A stretch of DNA of 64,000 bases from an uncultured Chloroflexia bacterium (lineage in GTDB: Bacteria > Chloroflexota > Limnocylindria > Limnocylindrales > CSP1-4). The stretch covers positions 3,766,325 through 3,830,324 of the forward strand of contig OY969796.1 in assembly GCA_963703155.1 (NCBI GenBank). Direction: 5' to 3'. The notes below the pieces were generated by a model that did not search any database, had not been told where the DNA came from, and saw nothing but the letters and a program-made list of their open reading frames with translations. A program made the position numbers and the translations under genes. Positions 19,995 through 30,133 of the stretch are shown piece after piece (positions within the stretch are counted from its first letter, which is position 1; every line of letters starts with the position of its first letter).

Positions 19995-20184
19995 GGTTGC
20001 TCCTCATCAGGAGGGGTGTCGGGATTCCGCGGATTCTCCGCCCTCGACCGGCGTCCTCGTGCCAACGGGTCCGTTGCAAGACGGGCGAGGACCATTGCGG
20101 GCGCCTGACAATCGCACAGCCCGCGCGGGCCACCCTCAGCAGGACGGTGCCTCCGGCGCCGGGTCACCGACGGCATCTTCGGAT

Positions 20185-20214
20185 CACAATAGTTGCCTTA
20201 GGCTTGTAATTGTG
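20185..20214. promoter_or_regulatory. inverted repeat CACAAT-N18-ATTGTG in the AT-richest stretch upstream of marR-like gene
   Basis: Seen in sequence. Candidate autoregulatory site. Confidence 0.3.
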
Positions 20215-20229
20215 CTAGGTTCCTGCCCG

Positions 20230-20715
20230 ATGAAGCGGACGCTGGCCCCCGTCCCCAAGCCTCGGGCGGACTCCGCCGTGGCCCAGGCGCTGGCCGACGA
20301 CCTCGAGCGCATCGCGATTGGCGCCGTCGGCCTGACCACCCGCGCCTTCACGCTCGCGGCGCGCGAGCTCGACCTCACGTTTCCCCAGTGGCGCGCCCTG
20401 CTCGTGACTGGCGAGGATCCGTCGGGGATGCGAATCAGCGCCGTCGCCACCCGCCTGGGTGTGACCGTGCCGACCACGAGCCGTCTCGTGCGCCGCCTTG
20501 AGCGCCGGGGCCTGTTCTCCCTCACGGTGGACGAACAGGATCGGCGCGCGACCCGCGTCGCGCTCACGGCCCGCGGTCTTGCTGCCCGAACCGCCATCCT
20601 GGCGAACCGTCGTGCCGCACTTCGCGACATCGCCGCCGACCTGCCCGACGCGGCGCACGTCGATCTCGCGACAGGGCTCCGCGCGATCGCGCGCGCACTC
20701 GAGCCGTTCACGTGA
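20230..20715 (+). CDS. MarR family transcriptional regulator
   Basis: 161 aa winged HTH (MRISAVATRLGVTVPTTSRLVRRLERRGL). Confidence 0.8.
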   Translation: MKRTLAPVPKPRADSAVAQALADDLERIAIGAVGLTTRAFTLAARELDLTFPQWRALLVTGEDPSGMRISAVATRLGVTVPTTSRLVRRLERRGLFSLTVDEQDRRATRVALTARGLAARTAILANRRAALRDIAADLPDAAHVDLATGLRAIARALEPFT

Positions 20716-21125
20716 TTGCGTTCATCGAGGCGCACGCGAGCGGGCGATTCACCGTCGCCCCCTGGGCCTGACCGGCCCCATGCCCCTGAGCCGACTGGTG
20801 CGCGAGCGGGCGGCGTAGCGGGCCGATTGCTGAGGGAGGGTGCCGCTGCCAGCGGAGGCTGACGCGTGGCACGGGCGCCCTCCGCACGATGGACACCCGG
20901 GCGACGGCGCCACCACGGAAACTCATCCCAAACGGCCCAGCCCACCCCTTGACCGACGCGGTAGACTGGCGCAGCGGTAATGATACCGGCAATGATTTCG
21001 CCCACGACGAGATAGCGGTCCGAGGGCATTCGAGGAGGTGGACCTATCGAGCAGCTGAGTCTGTGGTCGGCCAGACCGGCCCGCCTGCAGGTCACCTCAC
21101 CCTCGTTCGAAAGGCGGCAGTTTCA

Positions 21126-22529
21126 TTGGGCAAATTGCACAGGTCAGCTCTCTCCACGCTGATGGTCGGCGCGCTCGTCGCAGGATGCTCCTCTCCGGCG
21201 GCGAGCGTGCCGGCATCAGTCTCGGCGCCCTCCACTCCCCCCTCGGCCGCGGCGGCGACCGTCGCTCCCACGGCGGCTCCCTCGGCATCGCCGAGCGCCG
21301 CCCCGAGCAAGTCGAACGTCACCATCGAGGTGCTGGCCAGCCAGGACTGGATCAAGTCCTCTGAGCAGGTCCTCGCAGGCAGGTTCGAGGAGCAGACCGG
21401 CATCCACCTCGACTTCCAGATCATCCCGTCCGCCCAGTACTTCGACGTCCTCAAGACCAAGCTCAACTCCGGGCAGGGCATCGACCTCTTCCTCGGCCAG
21501 GCCGGGAAGTCGGACATGAAGCTCCAGTACGACGCGGCCAACAACGCCGTTGACCTCACCAACGAGTCGTGGGTCAGCCGGCTTGATCCGATCGTTGCCG
21601 ACCAGTCGACGCTCGACGGCAAGCTCTACGGCGCCGAGGTCTGGGACGTCGTGGCGGCCAACTACTGGGTCATGGTCTACAACAAGGACCTCTTCACCAA
21701 GTACAACATCGCCGTCCCCAAGACCTTCGCGGACTTCGAGACGGCGGCCGAGACGCTCAAGTCCAACGGCATCACGCCGATCTACGAGCCCGTCTCCGAC
21801 GGCTGGCACCACGTGCTCTGGTTCCCCGAGGTCGGGGCGCAGGTCGAGGCGCTGGAGCCCGGCCTGAACGACAAGCTCAACGCGAACCAGGCCACCTTCG
21901 CCGGCGACGCCACGATGGAGAAGGCCCTCACCCAGATCAACGACCTCTACCAGAAGGGCTACTTCGGCAAGGACGCGCTGTCCGCCAAGGAAGCCGACAC
22001 GTCCAAGGCGATGGCGAGCGGCACCTTCGGGATGACCCTGTCCGAGCTGTCGCGCGGCTCGCAGATCGCCGCTGCCTACCCGAACCTCCAGGCAACCAGC
22101 TTCGGCTACTTCCCCATCCCGATCCTGGACAACCAGCTGCAGCCCACCCACCCCGCCGGCCCGACGTGGATGGTCTCGAGCAAGAGCCAGCATGTCGCTG
22201 AGGCGAAGCAGTGGCTCGACTTCATGATGCAGCCGGACAACCTCCAGTGGCTGATCAACAACACGCCTGACTTCGAGACGCTCCCGTTCACGGGCGTGAC
22301 CGCGAAGTGGGACGCCAGCCAGTCCGACTTCTTCACCACCTACACCCAGGCAAAGACCCTCGTCCTCCAGGACGCGGTCAACTACGTCAATCCGCAGTGG
22401 ATGGACCTGGGCAAGTGGATGGTCAACATGTTCACCGGCCAGAAGACGGCCGCGGACATGCTGAAGAACATCGATGCGGGACGGACGACGCTGGCCAAGG
22501 CGGCCGGCGACCCGGCCTGGTCCAACTAG
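21126..22529 (+). CDS. ABC transporter extracellular solute-binding lipoprotein (family 1, carbohydrate)
   Basis: Probable TTG start. Signal peptide/lipobox LVAGCSS, a Ser/Pro/Ala linker, and the SBP_bac_1 fold. Confidence 0.75.
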   Translation: MGKLHRSALSTLMVGALVAGCSSPAASVPASVSAPSTPPSAAAATVAPTAAPSASPSAAPSKSNVTIEVLASQDWIKSSEQVLAGRFEEQTGIHLDFQIIPSAQYFDVLKTKLNSGQGIDLFLGQAGKSDMKLQYDAANNAVDLTNESWVSRLDPIVADQSTLDGKLYGAEVWDVVAANYWVMVYNKDLFTKYNIAVPKTFADFETAAETLKSNGITPIYEPVSDGWHHVLWFPEVGAQVEALEPGLNDKLNANQATFAGDATMEKALTQINDLYQKGYFGKDALSAKEADTSKAMASGTFGMTLSELSRGSQIAAAYPNLQATSFGYFPIPILDNQLQPTHPAGPTWMVSSKSQHVAEAKQWLDFMMQPDNLQWLINNTPDFETLPFTGVTAKWDASQSDFFTTYTQAKTLVLQDAVNYVNPQWMDLGKWMVNMFTGQKTAADMLKNIDAGRTTLAKAAGDPAWSN

Positions 22530-22545
22530 CCCAGCACAGCGGTCC

Positions 22546-22572
22546 TCGGGGGCGAGTTGGCTGCTCGCCCCC
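22546..22572 (+). terminator. stem-loop CGGGGGCGAG-ttggctg-CTCGCCCCCG downstream of the binding-protein gene (intra-operon attenuator candidate)
   Basis: Perfect 10-bp stem. No T-tract. Confidence 0.3.
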
Positions 22573-22755
22573 GATCCGCCTCAGCGACCGTCCAGCAACT
22601 GGGATCATGCACACCATGGGGTCTGACGTGTCTGGCCGGCGTTTCCAGCTCCTGGCGCACGGCCGCCGCGAACGCCGCGCTGCCCGCTCCTGCAGCCAGC
22701 CGACCGGGCTCCAGAACCGGCTCCCGTCCGTGCGGGCATTCGGGCTGGGCCTGCC

Positions 22756-23619
22756 GTGAAGAACGCCTACCCCACGTGGTTCACCGGTTTCGCGCTCCTG
22801 CTCACAGGAGTGTTCGTCCTGCTCCCGAGCGTGCTCGGGTTCGGGTTCGCCTTCACTGACTGGAGCGCCTACTCGAAGAACCTCCACTGGGTGGGCGTGG
22901 ACAACTTCGCCACCATCTTCGACCCCAGCAACGACTACATCGGCGCCATCGAGCACACGGCCCTGTTCACCGTTGCGACGACCATCCTCAAGACGGCCAT
23001 CGCGCTCGGCCTGGCGATTCTGCTCACGTCGGGCATCCGGCGGCTCGCGTACCTGCATCGCGGCCTCATCTACCTGCCGGCGGTCCTGCCCGTCCTCGTG
23101 GTGGGCATCGTGTTCCGGTCCATCCTGGACCCCACCACCGGCCTGCTGAACACCTCGCTGCAGTCCGTCGGCCTTGGCGCGCTCGCCCAGCACTGGCTCA
23201 CGGACGTCGCGCTGACCATCTGGGCCGTGATCGGCGTGGACACGTGGCGCGGCGTGGGCTACATCATGGTCATCCTCATCGCCGGCGTCCTCGCGATCCC
23301 CCGCGAGTACTACGAGGCGGCCTCGATCGACGGCGCCTCGGGGCCCCAGGCGTTCCGCCACATCACGCTGCCCCTGCTGATGCCGGTCCTGGCGGTGACG
23401 ACCGTGCTCAACCTGCTCTACGGCCTGCGGGTCTTCGACATGGTGTTCGTCCTCACCAACGGCCAGTACGGGACCTCGACCGTCTACACGATCGTCTTCG
23501 ACAACTTCTCGCGCGGCCTGTACGGCGTGGCGACCGCGCTGTCCAGCCTGTTCTTCGTCGTGATGCTCGTGCTCAGCTACTTCGTCATTCGCGTCATGTC
23601 GCGCAGCGAGGTGGCCTGA
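22756..23619 (+). CDS. carbohydrate ABC transporter permease (MalF/UgpA-like)
   Basis: 287 aa with the EAA-loop region IPREYYEAASIDGAS. Confidence 0.8.
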   Translation: MKNAYPTWFTGFALLLTGVFVLLPSVLGFGFAFTDWSAYSKNLHWVGVDNFATIFDPSNDYIGAIEHTALFTVATTILKTAIALGLAILLTSGIRRLAYLHRGLIYLPAVLPVLVVGIVFRSILDPTTGLLNTSLQSVGLGALAQHWLTDVALTIWAVIGVDTWRGVGYIMVILIAGVLAIPREYYEAASIDGASGPQAFRHITLPLLMPVLAVTTVLNLLYGLRVFDMVFVLTNGQYGTSTVYTIVFDNFSRGLYGVATALSSLFFVVMLVLSYFVIRVMSRSEVA

Positions 23620-23621
23620 CG

Positions 23622-24446
23622 GTGCAATCCACTCGGATCCTGCGCACCGGCCTCCTCAACCTGGGCGCCGGTGGTGCCAGCCTCGTGGCCCTCACGCCCA
23701 TCTACCTCATCTTCGTCAACGCCCTCAAGACGCAGCCGGAAGCCAGCTCCATGGGCGTGGACCTCCCGGCGATCCCGCAGTGGGCCAACTTCGGCACCGT
23801 CATCGACCAGGGCAAGCTGGTGACGGCGTTCTTCAACAGCACGCTCTACTCGGTCGGCGGGACGGTGCTCGCCGTGCTCGTCTCGGCGTTCGCCGCCTAC
23901 GTGCTTGCGCGGAACCGGCGCCGACGGCACCAGGTCATCTACCTGCTGCTGATCATGGGGATCGCGATCCCCACCAACTTCGTCACCCTGATGAAGGTCA
24001 TGCAGGTCACCCACCTGATCGACTCCCAGATCGGGATGATCCTGCTGTACGCGGCGACGCAGATCCCGTTCAGCGTCTTCCTCATCTACGCGTTCGTCGA
24101 TTCGCTGCCCAGGGAGCTGGACGAGGCGGCGTTCATCGACGGCTGCTCGCCGGTGCGGACCTTCTTCGCGGTGGTGCTGCCCATCCTGCGCCCGGTCCTG
24201 GTGACCACCGGGATCCTCAGCCTGCTCAACATCTGGAACGAGTTCCTGATGCCGCTGTACTTCCTGAACAGCACGAGCCGCTGGCCGATGACCCTCGCGG
24301 TCTACAACTTCTTCGGACGGTTCGCGTCGGACTGGAGCCTGGTGTCGGCGGACATCGTGCTGACCATCCTGCCGGTGATCCTGGTCTACATCGTCGCGCA
24401 GCGCTGGATCCTGTCCGGCGTCTCCGCGGGCGCGGTCAAGGGGTAG
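23622..24446 (+). CDS. carbohydrate ABC transporter permease (MalG/UgpE-like)
   Basis: GTG start 3 nt after the upstream stop. EAA motif LDEAAFIDGCS. Confidence 0.8.
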   Translation: MQSTRILRTGLLNLGAGGASLVALTPIYLIFVNALKTQPEASSMGVDLPAIPQWANFGTVIDQGKLVTAFFNSTLYSVGGTVLAVLVSAFAAYVLARNRRRRHQVIYLLLIMGIAIPTNFVTLMKVMQVTHLIDSQIGMILLYAATQIPFSVFLIYAFVDSLPRELDEAAFIDGCSPVRTFFAVVLPILRPVLVTTGILSLLNIWNEFLMPLYFLNSTSRWPMTLAVYNFFGRFASDWSLVSADIVLTILPVILVYIVAQRWILSGVSAGAVKG

Positions 24447-24500
24447 CGGCGTGACGACTGCTGCACGCGCCGCCCAGAATCCCCGTTCCGAGACGGGGAC

Positions 24501-27002
24501 GTGCCGACGATGAGGATCCTGTCGCACGAGGTGGGTCCCGACGGGCTGACGATCCGCACCGACCGCGGGCTGCTCGCCCTCACGCCGCGGACCAGCCGGA
24601 CCGTGCGCGTCCGGTACACGCTCGCGGATTCGTTCAGTCAGAAGCCAAGCCTGGCGGTGTTGGCCGTCCCGTCCGGCGCGCCAGCCGTCGCGTTCTCCGT
24701 CAGCGATGGCCCGGATGGCATTGTGGTCGCGACGGACGCCCTCACGATCGAGGTGGCGCGTGACACCGCGGCACTGACCTACCGGACGGCCGGCGGCGCC
24801 CTGCTGACCCGGGAGCCCGCTCGCGGCGGCAAGACCCTGACGCCGGTGCAGGTCCTCCGCTCGGAGTTCGACGGGGCAACGCCCCACGAGAGCCGCGAGA
24901 ACGTGGACGGCGTGCGGATCGATGTGGACGGGGTCCGCCAGGTGGTGGATCGCACGGCGTTCCACACGAAGCTCGAGTTCTCCTGGGCGGACGGCGAGGC
25001 GCTCTACGGGCTGGGATCGCATGAGGAGGGCATGTTCAACCTCCGCGGCCAGCACCAGTACCTCTACCAGCAGAACCTCAAGGTGGCGGTGCCCGTCATC
25101 GTGTCCAGCCTCGGCTACGGCGTCTTCCTGGACTGTGCGTCGCTGGTCACCTTCCACGACGACGCGTCCGGGTCGTACCTGTGGGGCGACGTCGACGAGG
25201 AGCTGGACTACTACGTCATGCTCGGCCCGGACTTCGACCAGATCGTGGCCGAGTTCCGCGCGCTGACCGGGCCGGCGCCGATGCTTCCCCGCTGGGCCTT
25301 CGGGTACGTCCAGTCGAAGGAGCGCTACGAGAGCCAGGCGGAGCTGCTCGCCGTCGCGCACGAGCACCGGCGCCGGGGGCTGCCGCTGGACTGCATCGTC
25401 CTCGACTGGAAGTCGTGGACGGGCGCCGCGTGGGGCCAGAAGTCCCTCGACCCGACGCGCTTCCCGGATCCGGTCGCCATGACCCGCGAGCTGCACGCGC
25501 TCGGCGTGCACATGATGGTCTCGATCTGGCCCACCATGCGGCCCGGCGGCGATGACTGGCGCGAGCTCCAGGAGCGAGGTGAGCTCCTGGGCAACCAGGC
25601 CACCTACAACGCCTTCGACCCGGGAGCGAGGGAGACGTACTGGAGCCAGGCGGACCGCGGCCTCTTCTCGCATGGGATCGACGCCTGGTGGTCGGACTGC
25701 ACCGAGCCCTTCGAGGCGGACTGGACGGGCCCCGTCAAGCCTGAGCCCGAGGAGCGCCTCAGGATCAACACCGAGGAGGCGAAGCGGTACATCGACCCGG
25801 AGCTGATCAACGCCTATTCGCTCTTCCACGCGCAGGGACTGTACGAGGGCCAGCGCACCGACGGCTGCGGGAAGCGCGTCCTGAACCTCACCCGCTCCGC
25901 GTTCCCGGGCCAGCAGCGCTACGGCGCCGTGACGTGGTCGGGCGACGTCAGCGCAACCTGGGAGACGCTCCGGCGCCAGATCGCGGACGGCCTCAACTTC
26001 AGCGCGACCGGTATGCCGTACTGGACGACGGACGTGGGTGCGTACTTCGTGGCGCGACGCCCGGACCTGTGGTTCTGGGCTGGCGACTTCGACGACGGCG
26101 TGGACGACCTGGGCTACCGCGAGCTCTACCTGCGCTGGTTCCAGTACGCGGCATGGCTCCCGATGCTGCGCTCGCACGGCACTGACACGCCCCGCGAGAT
26201 CTGGCGCTTCGGCGAGCCGGGGGACACCGTCCACGACGCGCTCGTGAACGCGCTGCAGCTCCGGTACCGCCTGCTGCCGTACTTCTACTCGATGGCGGGC
26301 TGGACGACGCAGTGCGCCTACACGATGCTCCGATCGCTGCTGTTCGACTTCCGGGACGACCCCGAGGTCCTCGACGTGGCCGACGAGTTCATGTGCGGCC
26401 CGGCGTTCCTGGTCTGCCCGGTCCACGCGCCGATGGCGTATGGCCCAGAGTCGCTGCCGCTCGAGGACCAGCCCAAGACGCGCTCCGTCTACCTGCCGGC
26501 CGGGTGCGACTGGTTCGACCTCTGGTCCGACCGACGATTCGCGGGCGGGCAGCGCATGGAGGCCGAGGCGCCGCTCGAGCGGATCCCGGTCTTCGTCCGA
26601 GCAGGCTCGATCGTGCCCATGGGGCCGGTGCGCCTGCATGTCGACGACCACCCCGACGACCCGGTCGAGCTGCACGTCTTCCCGGGCCGGGACGCTGAGT
26701 TCACCCTCTACGAGGACGATGGCGACGGCTACGAGTACGAGGACGGCGCCTTCTCGCTGATTGCCATCGCCTGGGATGACACCGGGGAATGCCTGACGCT
26801 GGGACAGCGCAGGGGCGCGTTCCCGGGGATGCAGCTCGAGCGCGACTTCGTGGTGACCTTCCATGCCGCCCTCGACGCGGCGGGCGACGATCGGCCCGCA
26901 GGACGCACCCGCACCCTGCGCCTTCGCTACGCTGGTGAGCGGGTGGCCGTGCGCTGGGGCGACCCGGCGAACGCCACCCCCGGCGTCGCGGTCAGCGGCT
27001 GA
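24501..27002 (+). CDS. glycoside hydrolase family 31 (alpha-glucosidase/alpha-xylosidase-like)
   Basis: 833 aa with the GH31 architecture: an N-terminal beta-sandwich, KVAVPVIVSSLGYGVFLD, and the catalytic-region WSDCTEP motif. Confidence 0.7.
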   Translation: MPTMRILSHEVGPDGLTIRTDRGLLALTPRTSRTVRVRYTLADSFSQKPSLAVLAVPSGAPAVAFSVSDGPDGIVVATDALTIEVARDTAALTYRTAGGALLTREPARGGKTLTPVQVLRSEFDGATPHESRENVDGVRIDVDGVRQVVDRTAFHTKLEFSWADGEALYGLGSHEEGMFNLRGQHQYLYQQNLKVAVPVIVSSLGYGVFLDCASLVTFHDDASGSYLWGDVDEELDYYVMLGPDFDQIVAEFRALTGPAPMLPRWAFGYVQSKERYESQAELLAVAHEHRRRGLPLDCIVLDWKSWTGAAWGQKSLDPTRFPDPVAMTRELHALGVHMMVSIWPTMRPGGDDWRELQERGELLGNQATYNAFDPGARETYWSQADRGLFSHGIDAWWSDCTEPFEADWTGPVKPEPEERLRINTEEAKRYIDPELINAYSLFHAQGLYEGQRTDGCGKRVLNLTRSAFPGQQRYGAVTWSGDVSATWETLRRQIADGLNFSATGMPYWTTDVGAYFVARRPDLWFWAGDFDDGVDDLGYRELYLRWFQYAAWLPMLRSHGTDTPREIWRFGEPGDTVHDALVNALQLRYRLLPYFYSMAGWTTQCAYTMLRSLLFDFRDDPEVLDVADEFMCGPAFLVCPVHAPMAYGPESLPLEDQPKTRSVYLPAGCDWFDLWSDRRFAGGQRMEAEAPLERIPVFVRAGSIVPMGPVRLHVDDHPDDPVELHVFPGRDAEFTLYEDDGDGYEYEDGAFSLIAIAWDDTGECLTLGQRRGAFPGMQLERDFVVTFHAALDAAGDDRPAGRTRTLRLRYAGERVAVRWGDPANATPGVAVSG

Positions 27003-27016
27003 GAAAGGAGCGCGCG

Positions 27017-28048
27017 GTGGCTACCCGGCCGAAGTTGCCGTCGACGACGATCGTCGACATCGCCGCGGCCAGCGGAGTCTCGGTCGCGACGGTTTCGCGG
27101 ATCCTCAACAACAAGCCGGACGTTGCCGAGGAAACGCGTGAGCGGGTGCTCCGCGTCATGGACGAGATCGGGTTCGCGCCCCAGAGCGCGTGGCGCCAGA
27201 TCCGGTCCGGGCGGACGGGCCTGATCGCCATGCACGTCCCGCAGGAGTTCAACCCGCCCGCACACCGCCTGATCATGGCGGCAGCCCTGGGCGTCGAGGA
27301 CGCGGGCTACTCGATCAACATCATCACGCGGCCCCTCACGGACCCCGAGCTGCTGGGCATCTTCCGCGGCCGCCAGGCGGATGGGGCGATCCTCCTGGAG
27401 ATCCTCACAGACGACCGCCGAGCCGCGCTCCTGAGCGAGCACGGCTATCCGTTCGTGATGATCGGGCGTCGGGCCGACAACGCGGGCCTGAGCTTCGTCG
27501 ATGTGGACATTGCGCAGGGCATCGACCTCGCGGTCGAGCACCTGCTGGGGCTGGGACACAGCCGGATCGCCTTCCTCTCGGTGGACCCGGTGGTCCACCA
27601 GCAGACCTACGGCTTCGCGACATGGGCGCTGCGGGCCTACGAGCTCGCCTGCGAGCGGAGTGCGCTGCCCGTTCTCGCGGGTCTCGGCGGGCCGAGCGCA
27701 GACGAGCTGTCGTTCGCCGCCCGGAGACTGCTCGACGCGCACCCCGAGATCACGGCGCTGGTGGCACCGCAGGAGCAGTCGGTGATCGGTGCGCTCAAGG
27801 CGGCGCAGGATCGGGGCCTGCGCGTGCCGGAGGCGCTGTCCGTGGTGGGCATGGTCAGCGAGCCGATGGCCGAGATTGCGACGCCGGCGCTGACGACGAT
27901 CGACTTCCCGGCTGATGAGATGGGCGAGGTGGCCGCGCGGATCCTGCTGCGCAGGGTCGTGGGCGGCCAGACCGCGCCCGAGCAGGTCCTCGTCCGGCCG
28001 AGGCTCACGGTCCGCGACAGCACAGGGGCGCCGCGACCGCGCTCCTGA
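27017..28048 (+). CDS. LacI family transcriptional regulator
   Basis: HTH IVDIAAASGVSVATVSRILNNKP plus a sugar-binding effector domain. Confidence 0.8.
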   Translation: MATRPKLPSTTIVDIAAASGVSVATVSRILNNKPDVAEETRERVLRVMDEIGFAPQSAWRQIRSGRTGLIAMHVPQEFNPPAHRLIMAAALGVEDAGYSINIITRPLTDPELLGIFRGRQADGAILLEILTDDRRAALLSEHGYPFVMIGRRADNAGLSFVDVDIAQGIDLAVEHLLGLGHSRIAFLSVDPVVHQQTYGFATWALRAYELACERSALPVLAGLGGPSADELSFAARRLLDAHPEITALVAPQEQSVIGALKAAQDRGLRVPEALSVVGMVSEPMAEIATPALTTIDFPADEMGEVAARILLRRVVGGQTAPEQVLVRPRLTVRDSTGAPRPRS

Positions 28049-28247
28049 TGGCGCGGCGGCGGAGCGGGTGACCGTGCCGAAAGCCCCATTGGAGGCGGCC
28101 GGGGCGTTCGACAGATCGCGGGCACCGCGGTATCGTTGGTCCAGCGGCACCGAATGGGTGCCACAGAACGCGGCACACGATCACTCCCTCTCATCGGTTC
28201 TTCGGCGAGACAGGTTCGCTGGGGTCCGCACGAGAAGGAGTTTTTCT

Positions 28248-28631
28248 TTGTTCACACAGACAGCGGACAAGACGCTGACCTGCGCCGATTGCGGCCAGGA
28301 GTTCACCTTCACCGCGAGCGAGCAGCAGTTCTTCGCGGACCGCCAGTTCAGCGAGCCCCGTCGATGCCCGTCGTGTCGCGCCAGCCGGAAGGCGGCGCGC
28401 GGGTCCTCCGACGGCGGCGGGTACTCGGGCGGCGGCTACTCGGGCGGTGGCGCAACGAGCGGCTACTCGGGCGGCGGCTACTCCAGCGGCGGCTACGACC
28501 GGCCCCAGCGTGAGATGTTCAGCGCCACGTGCTCAAGCTGTGGTCGCGAGGCCCAGGTGCCGTTCCGCCCGAACGGCAGCAAGCCCGTCTACTGCAGCGA
28601 CTGCTTCAAGACGCAGCGCCGTTCGTTCTAG
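28248..28631 (+). CDS. double zinc-ribbon protein with a Gly/Tyr-rich linker (CxxC-x20-CPxC ... GGGYSGGGYSGGG ... CxxC-x17-CxxC)
   Basis: TTG start 8 nt after AAGGAG. 127 aa with two CxxC...CxxC modules and a low-complexity GY linker. Confidence 0.6.
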   Translation: MFTQTADKTLTCADCGQEFTFTASEQQFFADRQFSEPRRCPSCRASRKAARGSSDGGGYSGGGYSGGGATSGYSGGGYSSGGYDRPQREMFSATCSSCGREAQVPFRPNGSKPVYCSDCFKTQRRSF

Positions 28632-28645
28632 CACTTCGCCACACA

Positions 28646-28675
28646 GAAGGGCCCGAGGGAGACCTCGGGCCCTTC
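28646..28675 (+). terminator. perfect 13-bp GC-rich hairpin GAAGGGCCCGAGG-gaga-CCTCGGGCCCTTC immediately after the zinc-ribbon gene
   Basis: Seen in sequence. Followed by a weak T-tract (TTCTGGCGTCT). Confidence 0.5.
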
Positions 28676-28765
28676 TGGCGTCTAGCGTTTCGGAGGCCTG
28701 ACGGCGCATCGTCACATTGGCCGCCCGCGCTGCCAGCCACGCAATCCCGCCGTACTATCGGCGCC

Positions 28766-29290
28766 ATGTCAGCCAGCGCAGTCCTGGCGCCCTTCTACGC
28801 GGGATGGGCGACGCATCAGCAATTCCTTCTTGCCGCCATCGGCGATCTCGGTCCGGACCAGCTCGCGCTCCGGGCTGCCCCGGGTGAATGGACGATCTGG
28901 CAGCTCGCCAGCCACATGGCCGGGGCTCGGGCGTATTGGCTTCACGATGTGCTCGGCGAGGGCGACCCAGCCATCCGTGACATGTTCCGGGTTGCGAGCA
29001 CGACGGTCCCGGGCCTGCCCATCGAACAGGCGGGGTGGGAGGATGACGAGAGCCATCCTCGGACGGCAGCCGAGATCGCCGCAGCATTCCACCTGACCTG
29101 GGGCATGGTCGCGGAATGCCTCGAGCGCTGGACGGCGGACGACATCACGGTTGAGATTCCCCAGCGTGGAAGCGACAGGCACACCACGCGCGGATGGGTG
29201 GTCTGGCACCTGATGGAGCACGAGGCGCATCACGGCGGCGCGATCTCAGCCGTTCTCGGGACCCACGGATTGCCCGGGCTCGACATCTGA
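28766..29290 (+). CDS. DinB/YfiT-like (DinB_2) metal-dependent protein
   Basis: 174 aa with His-rich motifs WHLMEHEAHHGG. Confidence 0.65.
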   Translation: MSASAVLAPFYAGWATHQQFLLAAIGDLGPDQLALRAAPGEWTIWQLASHMAGARAYWLHDVLGEGDPAIRDMFRVASTTVPGLPIEQAGWEDDESHPRTAAEIAAAFHLTWGMVAECLERWTADDITVEIPQRGSDRHTTRGWVVWHLMEHEAHHGGAISAVLGTHGLPGLDI

Positions 29291-29425
29291 GGCGACTTGG
29301 CGGGCGGCCCGCCGGGTCGACGCCCTGGACCACTGAGCCACCCCGCCGTCCTGGAGGACCGTTCGACGCCGCGAGTTCGGCGGCGAGGCTCCAGCGACGA
29401 CATGGAGTGACACGGGGGATGGCAC

Positions 29426-30124
29426 ATGATGAGTGAGCCCATTGACCCGCGACGGCGCATCGTCCGCTTCCTTGACGAGCGCGACTTGCTGATGGCGGCG
29501 CACGCCCGATCGGCCGATCGGCGGTTGTGCCTGGCCGTGAACCCCGCCTCGGCATTCCGCGAGACGAGCCCGGCGAATGTGACCGCGTTCGACGGCGGCC
29601 GAATCCTCTGGGCACTGCCGCTGGACTTCGGTCGCCTCGCCCTCATCCCGACCACCCGCCCGGCGGCCCAGGTGTTCGACGCCTTCTGGACGCTGGTGGA
29701 ACGATCGCTCGGGGGCCCGCCGGAGGGCCCGGCCACGGTCTGGTTCAGCCCGACAGGCGTCGGCGGCCAACCGGAGCGTGACGCTCTGGGGGACGTTGCC
29801 TCCGGCCCGTGGGTCGAGTATCGCGGGGCGCGGCCCTGGGTCGAGCTCGGGACCGTCGGAGGCCTGCGCCTGCTGGTCCCGAGCAACAAGCCCAATGACA
29901 GCGCGGGCACTGAACCCGACCGGCCCTACCGCGTGCGGGTCCTCGCCGCCGCCGTGCAGCCGGCAGCCGACACGCGCGCGCTGCAACGGCGCGACTCGAT
30001 GATCGAGCTGAGCCACTTCGCAATCCTCGACCCGGCCGTCGAAGGCTGGACGAGAGAGGGGCTCATCGAGGCAGGCACGCTGGCCGACCTGCGCCTCCAG
30101 TTCCTTCGTTGGGCGGCCGGCTGA
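29426..30124 (+). CDS. hypothetical protein
   Basis: 232 aa with no recognised family. Confidence 0.45.
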   Translation: MMSEPIDPRRRIVRFLDERDLLMAAHARSADRRLCLAVNPASAFRETSPANVTAFDGGRILWALPLDFGRLALIPTTRPAAQVFDAFWTLVERSLGGPPEGPATVWFSPTGVGGQPERDALGDVASGPWVEYRGARPWVELGTVGGLRLLVPSNKPNDSAGTEPDRPYRVRVLAAAVQPAADTRALQRRDSMIELSHFAILDPAVEGWTREGLIEAGTLADLRLQFLRWAAG

Positions 30125-30133
30125 TCAGCGCCG

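Noticed and set aside
20716-21125. CGGTAATGATACCG palindrome / AATGAT direct repeat upstream of the sugar-binding-protein gene as an operator for the second LacI
   Set aside because: Short arms and no recurrence near the LacI gene itself. Could be chance.
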